In this document: in pieces, positions 20,541-34,764 of the stretch
Position numbering within the stretch: position 1 is the stretch's first letter
Layout of the letters: each line of letters opens with the position of its first letter
Assembly: GCA_963721455.1 (NCBI GenBank)
Contig: CAVRJG010000019.1
Location: 64,001-128,000, forward strand
Source of the DNA: an uncultured Methanosarcinaceae archaeon
Lineage (GTDB): Archaea; Halobacteriota; Methanosarcinia; Methanosarcinales; Methanosarcinaceae
Direction of reading: 5' to 3'
DNA: 64,000 nucleotides
Notes under the pieces: generated by a model
Databases searched by the model: none
Told to the model about the DNA's origin: nothing
Seen by the model: the letters and a program-made list of their open reading frames with translations, nothing else
Position numbers and translations under genes: made by a program

Positions 20541-21692
20541 ATGAAGCAAGACCTTTTAGAAATCCTTGTTGATATCTTCAAATCATCCGGATACAATGTC
20601 ATAATATCGAGCCAGTTTGACATTCTTGTGGAGAAAAACGGGCATCAGGCTTATGTCAGGTGTGCCCTGCAGCCAGATTACGGGGAAATAAAAGCCTTTT
20701 CCGAAAAGATAGAGGAGTGTACAGGAATCTATGTAATGACCCAGAAAACATCTGGAGAATTAATTGATTATGCAGCTGAACTTGGGATTTATATCTGGGA
20801 TAGAGATGAACTGGCCCTTCAGATAGGAAGAGCGGTACTTGTAAACATAGAACTGAAGGCAAAAGATTCTTGTTCTGAGCCAGAAATCTCACCAACAAAT
20901 GATAAACGAGATTCACTCAGGGAACAAACTTTTGAAATGCCCGTCGAAAGCTGGAAAGCTGAGGAGGTCAGGCAGGAACCTTACGTTGACAGAGAACTTT
21001 TACCACTTCAGAGCCAGCCAGCAGAGAGAGAAAAAATCTCTTTCGAAACCAGATCCCTGCCGCGGATTTATAATGAGAGAAAAAATTCAAAGAAACTCGA
21101 ACAGGCTGAGATTACTAAATCCGACTCTTATGAAATGCTTAATATACAGTCAGTAGAGCCAAGGATTTCTAAAGATCAGGCGATTATCATTGCAAAACCC
21201 TATCTCAGCAACCCTAAGGATGCAATTTTGAAGTTTGTGCCTTTCTGGAAATACAGATATAATGTTGAGTCTGAAAAACGCTTCAGGTCGAAAGTTCTGA
21301 GTATTGCCGGAAAGGGAAAAGGTTTTCTTAACGCGCTAAATAAGTCAAGGGAAGAGATGGAAATCGAAGGTCTTGGCGCACCTACAAGAATTCCGTCTGT
21401 GCAGTATGAATTGAAAAGGCCGAATGTGGATAGAAAACAGGCAGAAAAGATCCTTCTAGGTTTAATTATAGAGGAGAATACACGCGAGATACGCTCTAAC
21501 AATATGGAAGGACAGGCAATTATATATGAACAAAGGAGTATCAGCCCAAGACCTGAAGAAATAGAACTCGACATGGAGTTTGTTTACATTCCTTTCTGGG
21601 AAGTAAAGGGGAAACGTAATTCTCTGGAGATTAATGCTTATAATGCAAAAATTTTGGAAGAGCCTATAGATGAGGATGCCGAATTCCTGTAA
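20541..21692 (+). CDS. Hypothetical protein with N-terminal restriction-endonuclease-like (PD-D/ExK, Mrr-like) fold
   Basis: 'IFKSSGYNV...FDILVEK', 'YAAELGIYIWDRDEL'; two 'VPFW/IPFW' repeats; catalytic motif appears degenerate. Confidence 0.6.
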   Translation: MKQDLLEILVDIFKSSGYNVIISSQFDILVEKNGHQAYVRCALQPDYGEIKAFSEKIEECTGIYVMTQKTSGELIDYAAELGIYIWDRDELALQIGRAVLVNIELKAKDSCSEPEISPTNDKRDSLREQTFEMPVESWKAEEVRQEPYVDRELLPLQSQPAEREKISFETRSLPRIYNERKNSKKLEQAEITKSDSYEMLNIQSVEPRISKDQAIIIAKPYLSNPKDAILKFVPFWKYRYNVESEKRFRSKVLSIAGKGKGFLNALNKSREEMEIEGLGAPTRIPSVQYELKRPNVDRKQAEKILLGLIIEENTREIRSNNMEGQAIIYEQRSISPRPEEIELDMEFVYIPFWEVKGKRNSLEINAYNAKILEEPIDEDAEFL

Positions 21693-21990
21693 ATTGAAAG
21701 TCTGCAAAAAAGAATTAGAAGAAAAATATATAAAATAGAAAATATATTTACGTATTAGCAGAATATTAGGATTTCTTAGAAAGGAGTCCACATCCTGCTC
21801 TCCCAGAAATTCCTGCGGAAAAGTATTTTTCAGGGGAATAAAGCGCAAATTCTACATAAACGTTATATGCGTCAGATGGAAGAGTATATAACGTTTGGAA
21901 ATTATCTGTAAGCTGTAACGGATGGCATCTTGTAGAACATAAGTACGGAAATGTTTTAGAAGTATTGAAAGTAAAAAAAGAGGTGCATAA

Positions 21991-22311
21991 ATGATCGAAG
22001 TAACAGAAAAAGCTGCTTCAGAACTGAAGACACTGCTCGAACAGGAAGAGAAGCCTGAACTTGCCCTCAGAATCTTTGTTGCAGGGGTTGCCTGCAGCGG
22101 AGTTCAGTATGGACTTGCCTTTGATGATGAACTGAAGGAAGACGATGTAACGATGGAAAGCAACGGAATCAAACTCATTATGAATAAAGATATCGAAAGA
22201 AGCTTTTCTGATGGCGTCATTGATTTTGTTGAAGACGAGAATGGGAAAGGATTCCTTATCCGCAACCCCACAGCCGGTGGATGCGGTACCTGTGGCGGCG
22301 GATGCCATTAA
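21991..22311 (+). CDS. IscA/HesB-family Fe-S cluster carrier
   Basis: 'IEVTEKAA', 'LRIFVAGVACSGVQYGLAFD', C-terminal 'NP...CGTCGGGCH'. Confidence 0.92.
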   Translation: MIEVTEKAASELKTLLEQEEKPELALRIFVAGVACSGVQYGLAFDDELKEDDVTMESNGIKLIMNKDIERSFSDGVIDFVEDENGKGFLIRNPTAGGCGTCGGGCH

Positions 22312-22395
22312 AGATAAAGTAAAACCGCGCTGAGGGTATTAAAAACCCGAACCTGAAGATGCAAACGAAAACAAAAACAAAGGAGAAGTGAGTAT

Positions 22396-22758
22396 ATGTT
22401 TCCAGGAATGGGAGGCGTGGGAGGCCGGGGAATGAACCCGGCTAAAATGAAGCAGATGATGAAGCAGATGGGAATTGATGTCAAAGAGCTCAAGGATGTT
22501 CAGGAAGTAATTATAAAGACTGCGGACTCTAATATCATTATAGAGAATGCAAATGTCAGTATAATGACAGTCCAGGGTTCGGAAACATACCAGATTGTAG
22601 GTGACGCAAAAGAAGTTCCGAAAGAACTGGAAATTCCCGTAGACGATATAAAACTTGTAATGGAGCAAACAGGTGTTTCTGAAGACGAAGCCATGAAAGC
22701 CCTGAAAAGCTCAAACGGAGATCTGGCAGAGGCCATTGTGGCACTTTCCTCTGCCTGA
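22396..22758 (+). CDS. nac: Nascent polypeptide-associated complex protein
   Basis: 'MNPAKMKQMMKQMGI', UBA-like tail 'DIKLVMEQTGVS...GDLAEAI'. Confidence 0.95.
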   Translation: MFPGMGGVGGRGMNPAKMKQMMKQMGIDVKELKDVQEVIIKTADSNIIIENANVSIMTVQGSETYQIVGDAKEVPKELEIPVDDIKLVMEQTGVSEDEAMKALKSSNGDLAEAIVALSSA

Positions 22759-23001
22759 TTTTTTTATTTATAATTTTGTAATTATTTTGTGACTTAATAT
22801 CTAACTTTGAATATTTGTTCGAAAATATCTCATTTTAGGATCTGATTCTCTTATTCTGAGTCTTGCTTTAATTTTAGTTTTCACAGCTGTCTTTATAATA
22901 TTTGAAAAAATAGACAGTTGTGACTCTGCAGCGAGCAGTCCATTTTCACTAACTTCGCTCTCTCAAGCATAAAAAAGACGAGAAGAGATAAGAGAAATGT
23001 T

Positions 23002-23177
23002 GGCTCTTCGCTATTCGAGTAGGTAATTTAGAATCACGTTCTAAATTTGACACAACACATATAACATTTAAAAAGATTTATCATGGAAAATCACATTCAA
23101 AATCGATGATTATCTATTTTGTGTAGTTACTTTTCAACTGAAAATTATTTTCAATCCACACGAAACAGCGAAGAACC
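23002..23177. mobile_element. 176-bp MITE with 8-bp target-site duplication
   Basis: TIRs GGCTCTTCGCTATT / AACAGCGAAGAACC; exact GAAATGTT at 22994-23001 and 23178-23185; no ORF. Confidence 0.85.
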
Positions 23178-23255
23178 GAAATGTTTTACAATTTGATAGT
23201 AAAAGAAGCGGCTAACAAGAATAATAATAGTTTTCAAAAAATCAATGAAAAACAG

Positions 23256-23390
23256 TATCAAAATAGAAAGTAAAAAGTGATTTAAAAGATTGCAATAGAG
23301 CAGTAAAAATAATATCAAAATAGAAAGTAAAAAGTGATTTAAAAGATTGCAATAGAGCAGTAAAAACAATATCAAAACAAAAAGTAAAAA
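23256..23390. repeat. 57-bp tandem repeat (about 2.4 copies) downstream of 5S rRNA
   Basis: Units start at 23256, 23313 and 23370 (TATCAAAATAGAAAGTAAAAAGTGATTTAAAAGATTGCAATAGAGCAGTAAAAA...). Confidence 0.93.
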
Positions 23391-23424
23391 ACAATTTTAG
23401 AATAGATTTAAAGTAGTATAGGGT

Positions 23425-23551
23425 GAGCATGGCAGCGATCCAGAGTTCCCGAAGACTCGCGTACTTCAGTACAGTAAGGAACGTGGACAGGCTTATCTTC
23501 TGTGTTCGGGATGGGTACAGGAGTTGCCCTGCCGCTATGGCCGCCAGACTC
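23425..23551 (-). rRNA. rrf: 5S rRNA
   Basis: Reverse complement GAGTCTGGCGGCCATAGCGG...CCCATCCCGAACACAGAAGATAAG...GATCGCTGCCATGCTC; ends approximate. Confidence 0.95.
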
Positions 23552-23631
23552 TACCTATAAATGGGATTGGGGAAAATGATGAAGTCATGTATAGGTGTGC
23601 TGCATATTGAATTTCGCCTGGACCTGATATG

Positions 23632-26529
<2,898 letters not shown>

Positions 26530-26715
26530 CTGTTACACCTAACCAGGTCCAGTTAGCGTTCAATATACAGCACCTATACATGACTTCATGTACCTGAGTT
26601 TCCACACAGGCAATCCGTCCTTCCCCGAAAATTTACTTTCCGGGTGCATTAGAGAATGAAATGGTTTGAGGATTTGTCGGTTTATCGGCATCTGGGCGGT
26701 GGGTTTTTTATGCTT

Positions 26716-28193
<1,478 letters not shown>

Positions 28194-28944
28194 TGTTATA
28201 GCACACTTGCTTGAAATTAAAGGTCTTGGTCGCAGAAACTTGCACTAACAACTATCAATTCAGTTATTCTAAGTTTCGCGATGATGTGTTTTTGTAAAAA
28301 ACTCTCACCGCCCAGAATTAACCGAACCGACAAAATCCTCGTCAGACAGGAAATAACTCCTGGCTCCATTAAATGAGTAGTATTTGCTGCATTTATGATG
28401 CAGGAAATTATAGTTACGCACGCATAGTATATAAAGGTAGTTATTCGCCCTTAAACAAAGGAGAATTATCAACCAGATAACTATGAGAGAACCTTCCAGC
28501 AAATTTGATGCCCATGCTGGAACGGGAAACATATATACATCAGTTGTAGTATATAAGTCTTTTCATTCAGGAGACATTGTGAAAAAAAACAAACTTAACA
28601 AATGAGAAAAACTTGTTTTATTTAGCCCCTGAATCCCACCCATGAATTAGAAATTCAAGAGCGACGCGCACTTGTTTTGTGCGTAGGACATACAAAGACA
28701 CATCTGATATAAATACCCATCGCCTATGCAAATACTTTGAAAAAAATAACAATCGAAAGGGAATGAGAAAAAATAAGAAGACGGCAGAAAAGCGCAGGAT
28801 TAAAATAATATTAAAATAATAATAGAAAGTTAAAAGCTGCAGAACGAATAACCTTAAAGCCAGAAAAAAGACATATAAGAGCACTTAAAGGCATAAAAAG
28901 CACAATAATAATTAATTACAAACTACAGGTAATGAGGTATCACA

Positions 28945-29274
28945 CTGGCAGACTTAAAGAAACCTACATCCAAAGTCAAGCCCGAAACGGAAGAGACAGT
29001 TACAAGAATACGCACGCCGCGAAGGGATAATAACGAGATCCTGGCAACTGTAGAGAGTCTTCTTGGCGCAAACCGCCTGAGGCTCCGTTGCATGGATGGG
29101 GTCGTTCGTATGGGAAGAATCCCCGGTTCAATGAAGAAAAAAACCTGGATTCGAGAAGGAGACGTAGTCATTGTCGTGCCATGGGAATTCCAGAACGAAA
29201 AAGCAGATGTGGTCTGGAAGTACACGAGGCCACAGGTAGACTGGCTTGAAAGGAAAGGGTACCTGAAAGGATAA
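28945..29274 (+). CDS. eif1a: Translation initiation factor aIF-1A, apparent CTG start
   Basis: (M)ADLKKPT...RIRTPR...[42 protein letters not shown]; in-frame TGA at 28933, GAGGT RBS, no in-frame ATG/GTG/TTG before 29092. Confidence 0.92.
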   Translation: MADLKKPTSKVKPETEETVTRIRTPRRDNNEILATVESLLGANRLRLRCMDGVVRMGRIPGSMKKKTWIREGDVVIVVPWEFQNEKADVVWKYTRPQVDWLERKGYLKG

Positions 29275-29281
29275 CATAGGA

Positions 29282-30058
29282 ATGGACCAGGAAGAGAAAA
29301 TAAGGCGCATTGACAGCGCTAAAGATAAGTCGCGTGCCAGGGAGAAAGACTCCGAGCGGCTGAGGGTAGAAGAAAACGTATTCGATGTCTCCACCCTTAA
29401 ACTCCTTTACACTATCTCCAATAAGGGCATAATAAAGGCGCTGGGTGGATCTATCAGTACTGGAAAAGAAGCGAATGTATTCTATGCGGAAGGCCCGGAA
29501 AAGGAGCTGGCAGTAAAAATATATCGAATTACCAGCAGCACTTTCGCGGCTATGGACGTCTACATCATGAAGGACCCTCGCTTCACAAACATCCGAAATA
29601 ACAAGCGAGATATAATTTTTGCATGGACACGCAAGGAATTCCAGAACCTGAAACGTGCAAAAAGTGCAGGAGTCAGGGTCCCGGAGCCAGTGCTCGCCGA
29701 GAAAAATATTCTTATCATGGAATTTATGGGGGAAAAAGGGGTACCATACCCCCTACTAAAGAATACGCCTCTTGAAGGGGATGAGGTAAAACTTGTTTAT
29801 GACACAATCGTCGAATACATGCGCCTCCTTTATAAAGAAGCGAAGCTTGTACATGCCGATCTGAGCGAATATAACATCCTGATTGACCCAAACGACGTGA
29901 CTCCCATATTTATTGACATGGGGCAATCCGTGACCCTGGAACATCCTAACGCCCGAGAATTCCTCTACAGGGACGTGCAAAATATACTCAGGTTCTTCAG
30001 CCGCTACGGGATCAGGGACAAACCTGAAGAACTGCTTACAAAAATACAGGCGGAATAA
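29282..30058 (+). CDS. rio1: RIO1 serine/threonine kinase
   Basis: 'ISTGKEANVF', 'AVKIY', 'LVHADLSEYNIL', 'IDMGQSV'. Confidence 0.96.
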   Translation: MDQEEKIRRIDSAKDKSRAREKDSERLRVEENVFDVSTLKLLYTISNKGIIKALGGSISTGKEANVFYAEGPEKELAVKIYRITSSTFAAMDVYIMKDPRFTNIRNNKRDIIFAWTRKEFQNLKRAKSAGVRVPEPVLAEKNILIMEFMGEKGVPYPLLKNTPLEGDEVKLVYDTIVEYMRLLYKEAKLVHADLSEYNILIDPNDVTPIFIDMGQSVTLEHPNAREFLYRDVQNILRFFSRYGIRDKPEELLTKIQAE

Positions 30059-30060
30059 CA

Positions 30061-30609
30061 ATGACTCAGTATGTCAAAATCCCCAAAGAAAGAGTAGGAG
30101 TAATCATAGGTCCGAAAGGAGAAACAAAAAAGTTTATTGAGGACAAAACCGCGTGTCAACTGGACATTGACAGCGAAAGTGGAAAAATAGATGTCACCTG
30201 TGAAGGAGATCCGTTAAAAGAATACAGAATTCTTGAAACCCTCAAAGCGATAGGAAGAGGCTTCAGCCCCGAAAAAGCCCTTGAACTTCTAGAAGACGAA
30301 ATGCTTATGCTTGAGGTCATTGACCTATCAGATGTTGCTACTACCCCAAAAGAGCTCCAGAGAATAAAAGGCAGGATCATAGGAAGAAATGGAAGAACCA
30401 GAGAGCTTGCAGAAACCCTGATAAACGTCAAGATTTCAGTATACGGAAAAACCGTATGCATACTTGGACACCCTGAACAGAACACTGTAGTACGGACAGC
30501 CATAAAGATGCTACTCGACGGGGCCACCCACGGTGCAGTCTACAAATTTCTGGAAAAAAAGCATCAGGAACTTATGCAGTCCCGCCTAGACTCGATTGAC
30601 TTTTATTAA
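30061..30609 (+). CDS. KH-domain pre-rRNA processing protein (Dim2/Pno1)
   Basis: 'RVGVIIGPKG', 'AIGRGFSPEKA', 'RIKGRIIG..G', 'HGAVYKFL'; conserved aIF1A-RIO1-Dim2 order. Confidence 0.93.
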   Translation: MTQYVKIPKERVGVIIGPKGETKKFIEDKTACQLDIDSESGKIDVTCEGDPLKEYRILETLKAIGRGFSPEKALELLEDEMLMLEVIDLSDVATTPKELQRIKGRIIGRNGRTRELAETLINVKISVYGKTVCILGHPEQNTVVRTAIKMLLDGATHGAVYKFLEKKHQELMQSRLDSIDFY

Positions 30610-30725
30610 AAACGAAGAAAAGCCAATCTCCAGGAATTATAAACATTATTTAACTCTCCTGGAGACTGACTTTATTTAGTATATAAATTTATATTGAATC
30701 CAATAGTCACTTCAAGCTACTTTCG

Positions 30726-30800
30726 GCGAACAACTCCCCCTAAATTCTTCGCCTTACGGCTCAGTATTATGAAGAAGAGGACTTCCCGCCTTATTGTCAA
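30726..30800 (-). mobile_element. Orphan IS200/IS605 right end / TnpB omegaRNA 3' scaffold remnant
   Basis: Minus strand reads CAATAAGGCGGGAAGTCCTCTTC...GCCGTAAGGC...TTTAGGGGGAGTTGTTCGC, resembling the GAAGCCCC...TTTAGGGG..TAGTTCAC right-end pattern; no tnpA or tnpB nearby. Confidence 0.6.
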
Positions 30801-30855
30801 ACAATTTTCATTTTTTGCTTAACCTTCTCGGGACCCTTTTCTTCAGTCCTGTGTT

Positions 30856-32250
30856 TCACTCAGCCTCTTCAGAGTTTTCTTCGTCATCCTCCGATAGTTT
30901 TCCTATTCCTTTCAGGAAACTGCCCCTTCCAGGTTTTGCATTGATCGATTCTTCAATCCAGATTACTTCGCCCCTAGAGAGAGTATACCGGGGGAAAACC
31001 CCATCCATACCCTCAAAGGGAGTCCAGCCCGCTTTACTGTGCAATAACTCGGCCCTTATAGGTCGAAGCTCGCGGGGATTTACAATAATCAGATCGGCAT
31101 CAAACCCCACCTCAAGCCTGCCTTTGGATTGGCGGTCCAGTCTGAAGGCTTTTGCCGGATTCCAGCTTGTAAGCATGATCATCCGTGAAAGCGGCAGGAT
31201 ATTTTTTCGGACTGCAGCAAGCATGAGAGGCATAAGGGTCTCAACCCCGGGCACCCCCGACGGAGCAAATTTTATATCAACGTCCTTTTCGGATTCAAGA
31301 TGTGGGGCATGATCCGAAGCCACCATATCAATAGTTCCGTCATTTATCCCATTTACAAGGGCTTTGATACTGTGGCTTCCCCGGAGAGGCGGATTCATTT
31401 TGCCAAAAGACCTGAGCCTTTCCCAGTCCCGTGTAGAGAGAAAAAGGTGATGAGGAGTAACTTCACAGGTAAAAAGAGGCTCTCTGTCCTCCCGTCTTGC
31501 AAGATATTTCTCTTTTCTTATCATGCCTGTAGCTTCAAGAGTACTGATATGGCAGAAATGCGCCCTTACTTTCAGTTCGGAAATAAGCTCCAGGGCTTTT
31601 TGAACAGCAGCCGCTTCACATGCGTTGGGACGCACTCTTGAATGGTACTCACAGGAAATATCCCCTTTTAACAGCTCTTCCAGCTCCAGGCGCATCTTAT
31701 CGTCTTCGGCATGTATTGTCGCAAGGGCCCCAAGACTTTTGATCTCGACAAGGGCTTCTTCAAAGGTTTCTTCATTGATATTTAGCCCTCCTGTAGACTC
31801 GGCCATGAAGATTTCCCCAAAAGCAGTAACCCCCAGTTTCCAGAGTTCTTCTAATTTCTCTATATTGCCCGTTACCCCACCATTGATCCCGAAGTCGACA
31901 ATAGACTTTCCGCTGGCAAGTTTAAGTTTTTGTTCGAAAGACCGCCTCTCGGTTGTGGGAGGGACTGTATTGGGCTGATCGATGACAGTAGTAATTCCTC
32001 CCGCAGCTGCCGCACACGAGCCCGTGTACCAGTTTTCCTTTGCAGTCATGCCGGGTTCCCTGAAATGAACATGCACGTCAATGCCGGCAGGCAGGGTAAG
32101 AGCACCGCCTGCATCTATAACCATATCCGAGCTCGATACCCTGAGATCTTTTCCGATTTTAGTAACTTTGCCGCCCTCAATAATGATCTCGGCAGGCTGA
32201 AGAGAATTATTGTAATAAATCCTTGTATTTTTGATAAGAACATCAGGCAT
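30856..32250 (-). CDS. pyrC: Dihydroorotase
   Basis: 'IDVHVHFREPG', 'AAAGGITT..DQPNT', 'EVTPHHL', 'KMNPPLR', 'SDHAPH'. Confidence 0.93.
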   Translation of the reverse strand: MPDVLIKNTRIYYNNSLQPAEIIIEGGKVTKIGKDLRVSSSDMVIDAGGALTLPAGIDVHVHFREPGMTAKENWYTGSCAAAAGGITTVIDQPNTVPPTTERRSFEQKLKLASGKSIVDFGINGGVTGNIEKLEELWKLGVTAFGEIFMAESTGGLNINEETFEEALVEIKSLGALATIHAEDDKMRLELEELLKGDISCEYHSRVRPNACEAAAVQKALELISELKVRAHFCHISTLEATGMIRKEKYLARREDREPLFTCEVTPHHLFLSTRDWERLRSFGKMNPPLRGSHSIKALVNGINDGTIDMVASDHAPHLESEKDVDIKFAPSGVPGVETLMPLMLAAVRKNILPLSRMIMLTSWNPAKAFRLDRQSKGRLEVGFDADLIIVNPRELRPIRAELLHSKAGWTPFEGMDGVFPRYTLSRGEVIWIEESINAKPGRGSFLKGIGKLSEDDEENSEEAE

Positions 32251-32418
32251 GGGCGTCTATATGCTTAGAAATGTACTTAAAATATGCACATCAAGAAGAA
32301 GTAAGAAATAGGAGAAAGGAGAAACAAAAGAAAAAATACACAGGAAAAAGCTATCAGACGCATTGAAAGTAAAAAATAAAATAAAACAGAGTAAAGACCT
32401 GGCGGTCAAAAAGTCTGT

Positions 32419-33069
32419 TCAATTTAGTTTGATACGTTCAGCTGTTGTAAGATAGACAACACTTTCACATATATTACAGCAATGATCTGCAATTCTTTCA
32501 ATATAGCGAATCAGGAAAAGTAAATAGGTAGCTTTGGAAACGATGCTCGTATCTTTTGCCATCATTTCTATCAACTCAACCCAGACTGCGTAAAAGAGCT
32601 TATCGACCTCTTCATCCCGGGATGCTACCGTTCTTGCGAGTTCTGCGTCTTGAGTCTTGAAAGCCTTGATGGAGTTCTCAAGCATGTATGCTGCGATATC
32701 TGCCATTCTTTTCGTATCTATAAGAGGTTTTATATGCCCACCTTCGATTTTTCCAGGGATTTTGGCAATATTCATTGATAAACCCAAAATCCTTCTGAGG
32801 TCGGCCGTGATCTTGAGAGCAGACACTACAAGCCGGAGATCGCTAGCCATGGGCTGCTGAAGTGCAAGAAGGTCAAAAATAGAAGCCTCAATTCCCCCTT
32901 CAAGTTTATCCACTTCTTCCTCAAGAGCAAGCGTTTTTGCAGCAAGCTTGACATCAAGATCTATAACTGCAACTATCGAATCTTTAAAAGCCAGCTCAAC
33001 GGTTTCTCCAAGAGAAAATACGGATTCTTTGAGCAGATCCAGCTGCTTCATATATTGTTCTCGAGCCAT
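32419..33069 (-). CDS. phoU: Phosphate signalling protein PhoU
   Basis: 'LQQPMASDLR', 'RDEEVD', 'RYIERIADHCCNICE'; follows pstB. Confidence 0.95.
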   Translation of the reverse strand: MAREQYMKQLDLLKESVFSLGETVELAFKDSIVAVIDLDVKLAAKTLALEEEVDKLEGGIEASIFDLLALQQPMASDLRLVVSALKITADLRRILGLSMNIAKIPGKIEGGHIKPLIDTKRMADIAAYMLENSIKAFKTQDAELARTVASRDEEVDKLFYAVWVELIEMMAKDTSIVSKATYLLFLIRYIERIADHCCNICESVVYLTTAERIKLN

Positions 33070-33074
33070 TTTAA

Positions 33075-33851
33075 TCACCCAAACCTGCCTGTAATATAAT
33101 CCTCAGTACTCTGTTCCCTTGGATTTTGAAAAATCTGCCTTGTCTGACCGAACTCAATCAATTCCCCTGTAAGGAAAAATCCGGTGTAATCTGCTACTCT
33201 GGCTGCCTGTTGCATATTATGAGTTACGATTACTATGGTATAATCTTTTTTAAGGTTCATGATAAGATCTTCAATCTTCGAAGTGGAAATAGGATCAAGA
33301 GCACTGCAGGGCTCATCGAAAAGAATGATTTCGGGTTTCACTGCCAGAGTCCTGGCAATGCAGAGCCTCTGCTGCTGCCCGCCGCTCAAGGAAAGGGCAG
33401 GTGACTTGAGTCGGTCTGAGACTTCATCCCAGATGGCAGCCGAATGAAGGGCACCCTCGACAACCCCGTCCACCTCTTTCTTACTTATACCATGAATGCG
33501 CGGACCATAGGCAATATTGTCATAAATGGACATAGGGAAAGGGTTGGGTTTCTGGAAAACCATGCCCACCTTTTTTCGAAGGTCAACAACATCCACATCT
33601 GGTCCGTAGATATTCTTGCCTTCAATTGAAACTTTACCTTCGATCCTGCAGTTTTTGATAAGATCGTTCATCCTGTTTAAACAACGGATGAAAGTGGACT
33701 TGCCGCAGCCTGAAGGACCTATAAGAGCGGTTACGCTGTTTTTGGGGATATGCATGGAGATATCCTTAAGAGCCTGCTTTTCCCCATACCACAGATTCAA
33801 GTTTTCTACTTCTATCTGGGGATGAGCTACGTTTTGAACAGCTTCAGTCAT
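33075..33851 (-). CDS. pstB: Phosphate ABC transporter ATPase
   Basis: GPSGCGKST, '[15 protein letters not shown]', [13 protein letters not shown], '[10 protein letters not shown]'. Confidence 0.97.
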   Translation of the reverse strand: MTEAVQNVAHPQIEVENLNLWYGEKQALKDISMHIPKNSVTALIGPSGCGKSTFIRCLNRMNDLIKNCRIEGKVSIEGKNIYGPDVDVVDLRKKVGMVFQKPNPFPMSIYDNIAYGPRIHGISKKEVDGVVEGALHSAAIWDEVSDRLKSPALSLSGGQQQRLCIARTLAVKPEIILFDEPCSALDPISTSKIEDLIMNLKKDYTIVIVTHNMQQAARVADYTGFFLTGELIEFGQTRQIFQNPREQSTEDYITGRFG

Positions 33852-33904
33852 TTATGGACCTCAATTATTATATAAACGCTGATACTTTAATAATAAAACC
33901 CCAA

Positions 33905-34762
33905 TCAGATTTGCAATTTTTGCCTGTAATGCCTGCGAATCAGAACAGCTATGATGTTCAAACTCAGCACTATCATTAACAGGACGAGAGCAGTTCCATA
34001 CTGAAGGGGCCTTGTTTTGGCAATATTTGTTCCGGAAGTTGCCAGCACGAAGAGATGGTAGGGAAGAGCCATGAACTGAGAATGGATCGAATCAGGCAGT
34101 CTCGGCAGGTAGTAAGCGGCGCCTGTAAGAAGAATCGGAGCGGTTTCTCCTGCAACCCTCCCTATGCTCAGGACTGACCCTGTAACAATTCCCGGAATGG
34201 CAGCCGGCAGTACCACATGCCTGATGGTTTGCCATTTGCTGATCCCAAGTGCAAGGGAGGATTCCCGATACTCTTTCGGGACAGCAATCAGGGCTTCTTC
34301 AGTGGAACGGATAATCACCGGGATAATCAGGAGAGCAAGTGTAAGGGAAGCCGAAAGTATGGAAGGGCCAAAACCAAAATATTTCACAAATAATGCCAGC
34401 CCGAAAAGCCCGAAGACCACTGAAGGAGTCCCTGCAAGGTTATTGATTGCCATTTCGATTAGCCAGGTGGTCCGGGTTTTTTCTGCATATTCATTCAGGT
34501 ATATAGCAGCCATAATCCCCATCGGAAGGGCCACGCTCATTGACCCTATAATCAGAGCTAGAGTACCCACGATTGCCGGGTAGATCCCGCCTTGGGTCAT
34601 CATCCGGCTGGGCATTTGAGTAAGGAACTCGATATTGATTGCCCCATATCCGTTCGAAATAATGTAAGCCAGGATAATCAGCACAAAACCTGCGACTGTC
34701 AATGTAGCAAGAGTCAGCAGGGAAAAAGCGATTTTTTCACTTGTTTTTGAACTCAAACCCAT
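33905..34762 (-). CDS. pstA: Phosphate ABC transporter permease
   Basis: 'GGIYPAIVGT', 'AAIYLNEY', 'LAGTPSVVFGLFG', 'RVAGETAP'. Confidence 0.96.
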   Translation of the reverse strand: MGLSSKTSEKIAFSLLTLATLTVAGFVLIILAYIISNGYGAINIEFLTQMPSRMMTQGGIYPAIVGTLALIIGSMSVALPMGIMAAIYLNEYAEKTRTTWLIEMAINNLAGTPSVVFGLFGLALFVKYFGFGPSILSASLTLALLIIPVIIRSTEEALIAVPKEYRESSLALGISKWQTIRHVVLPAAIPGIVTGSVLSIGRVAGETAPILLTGAAYYLPRLPDSIHSQFMALPYHLFVLATSGTNIAKTRPLQYGTALVLLMIVLSLNIIAVLIRRHYRQKLQI

Positions 34763-34764
34763 GA

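Noticed and set aside
23256-23390. CRISPR array (also considered for the 87-, 25- and 18-bp repeats)
   Set aside because: Contiguous tandem units with no unique spacers and no cas genes
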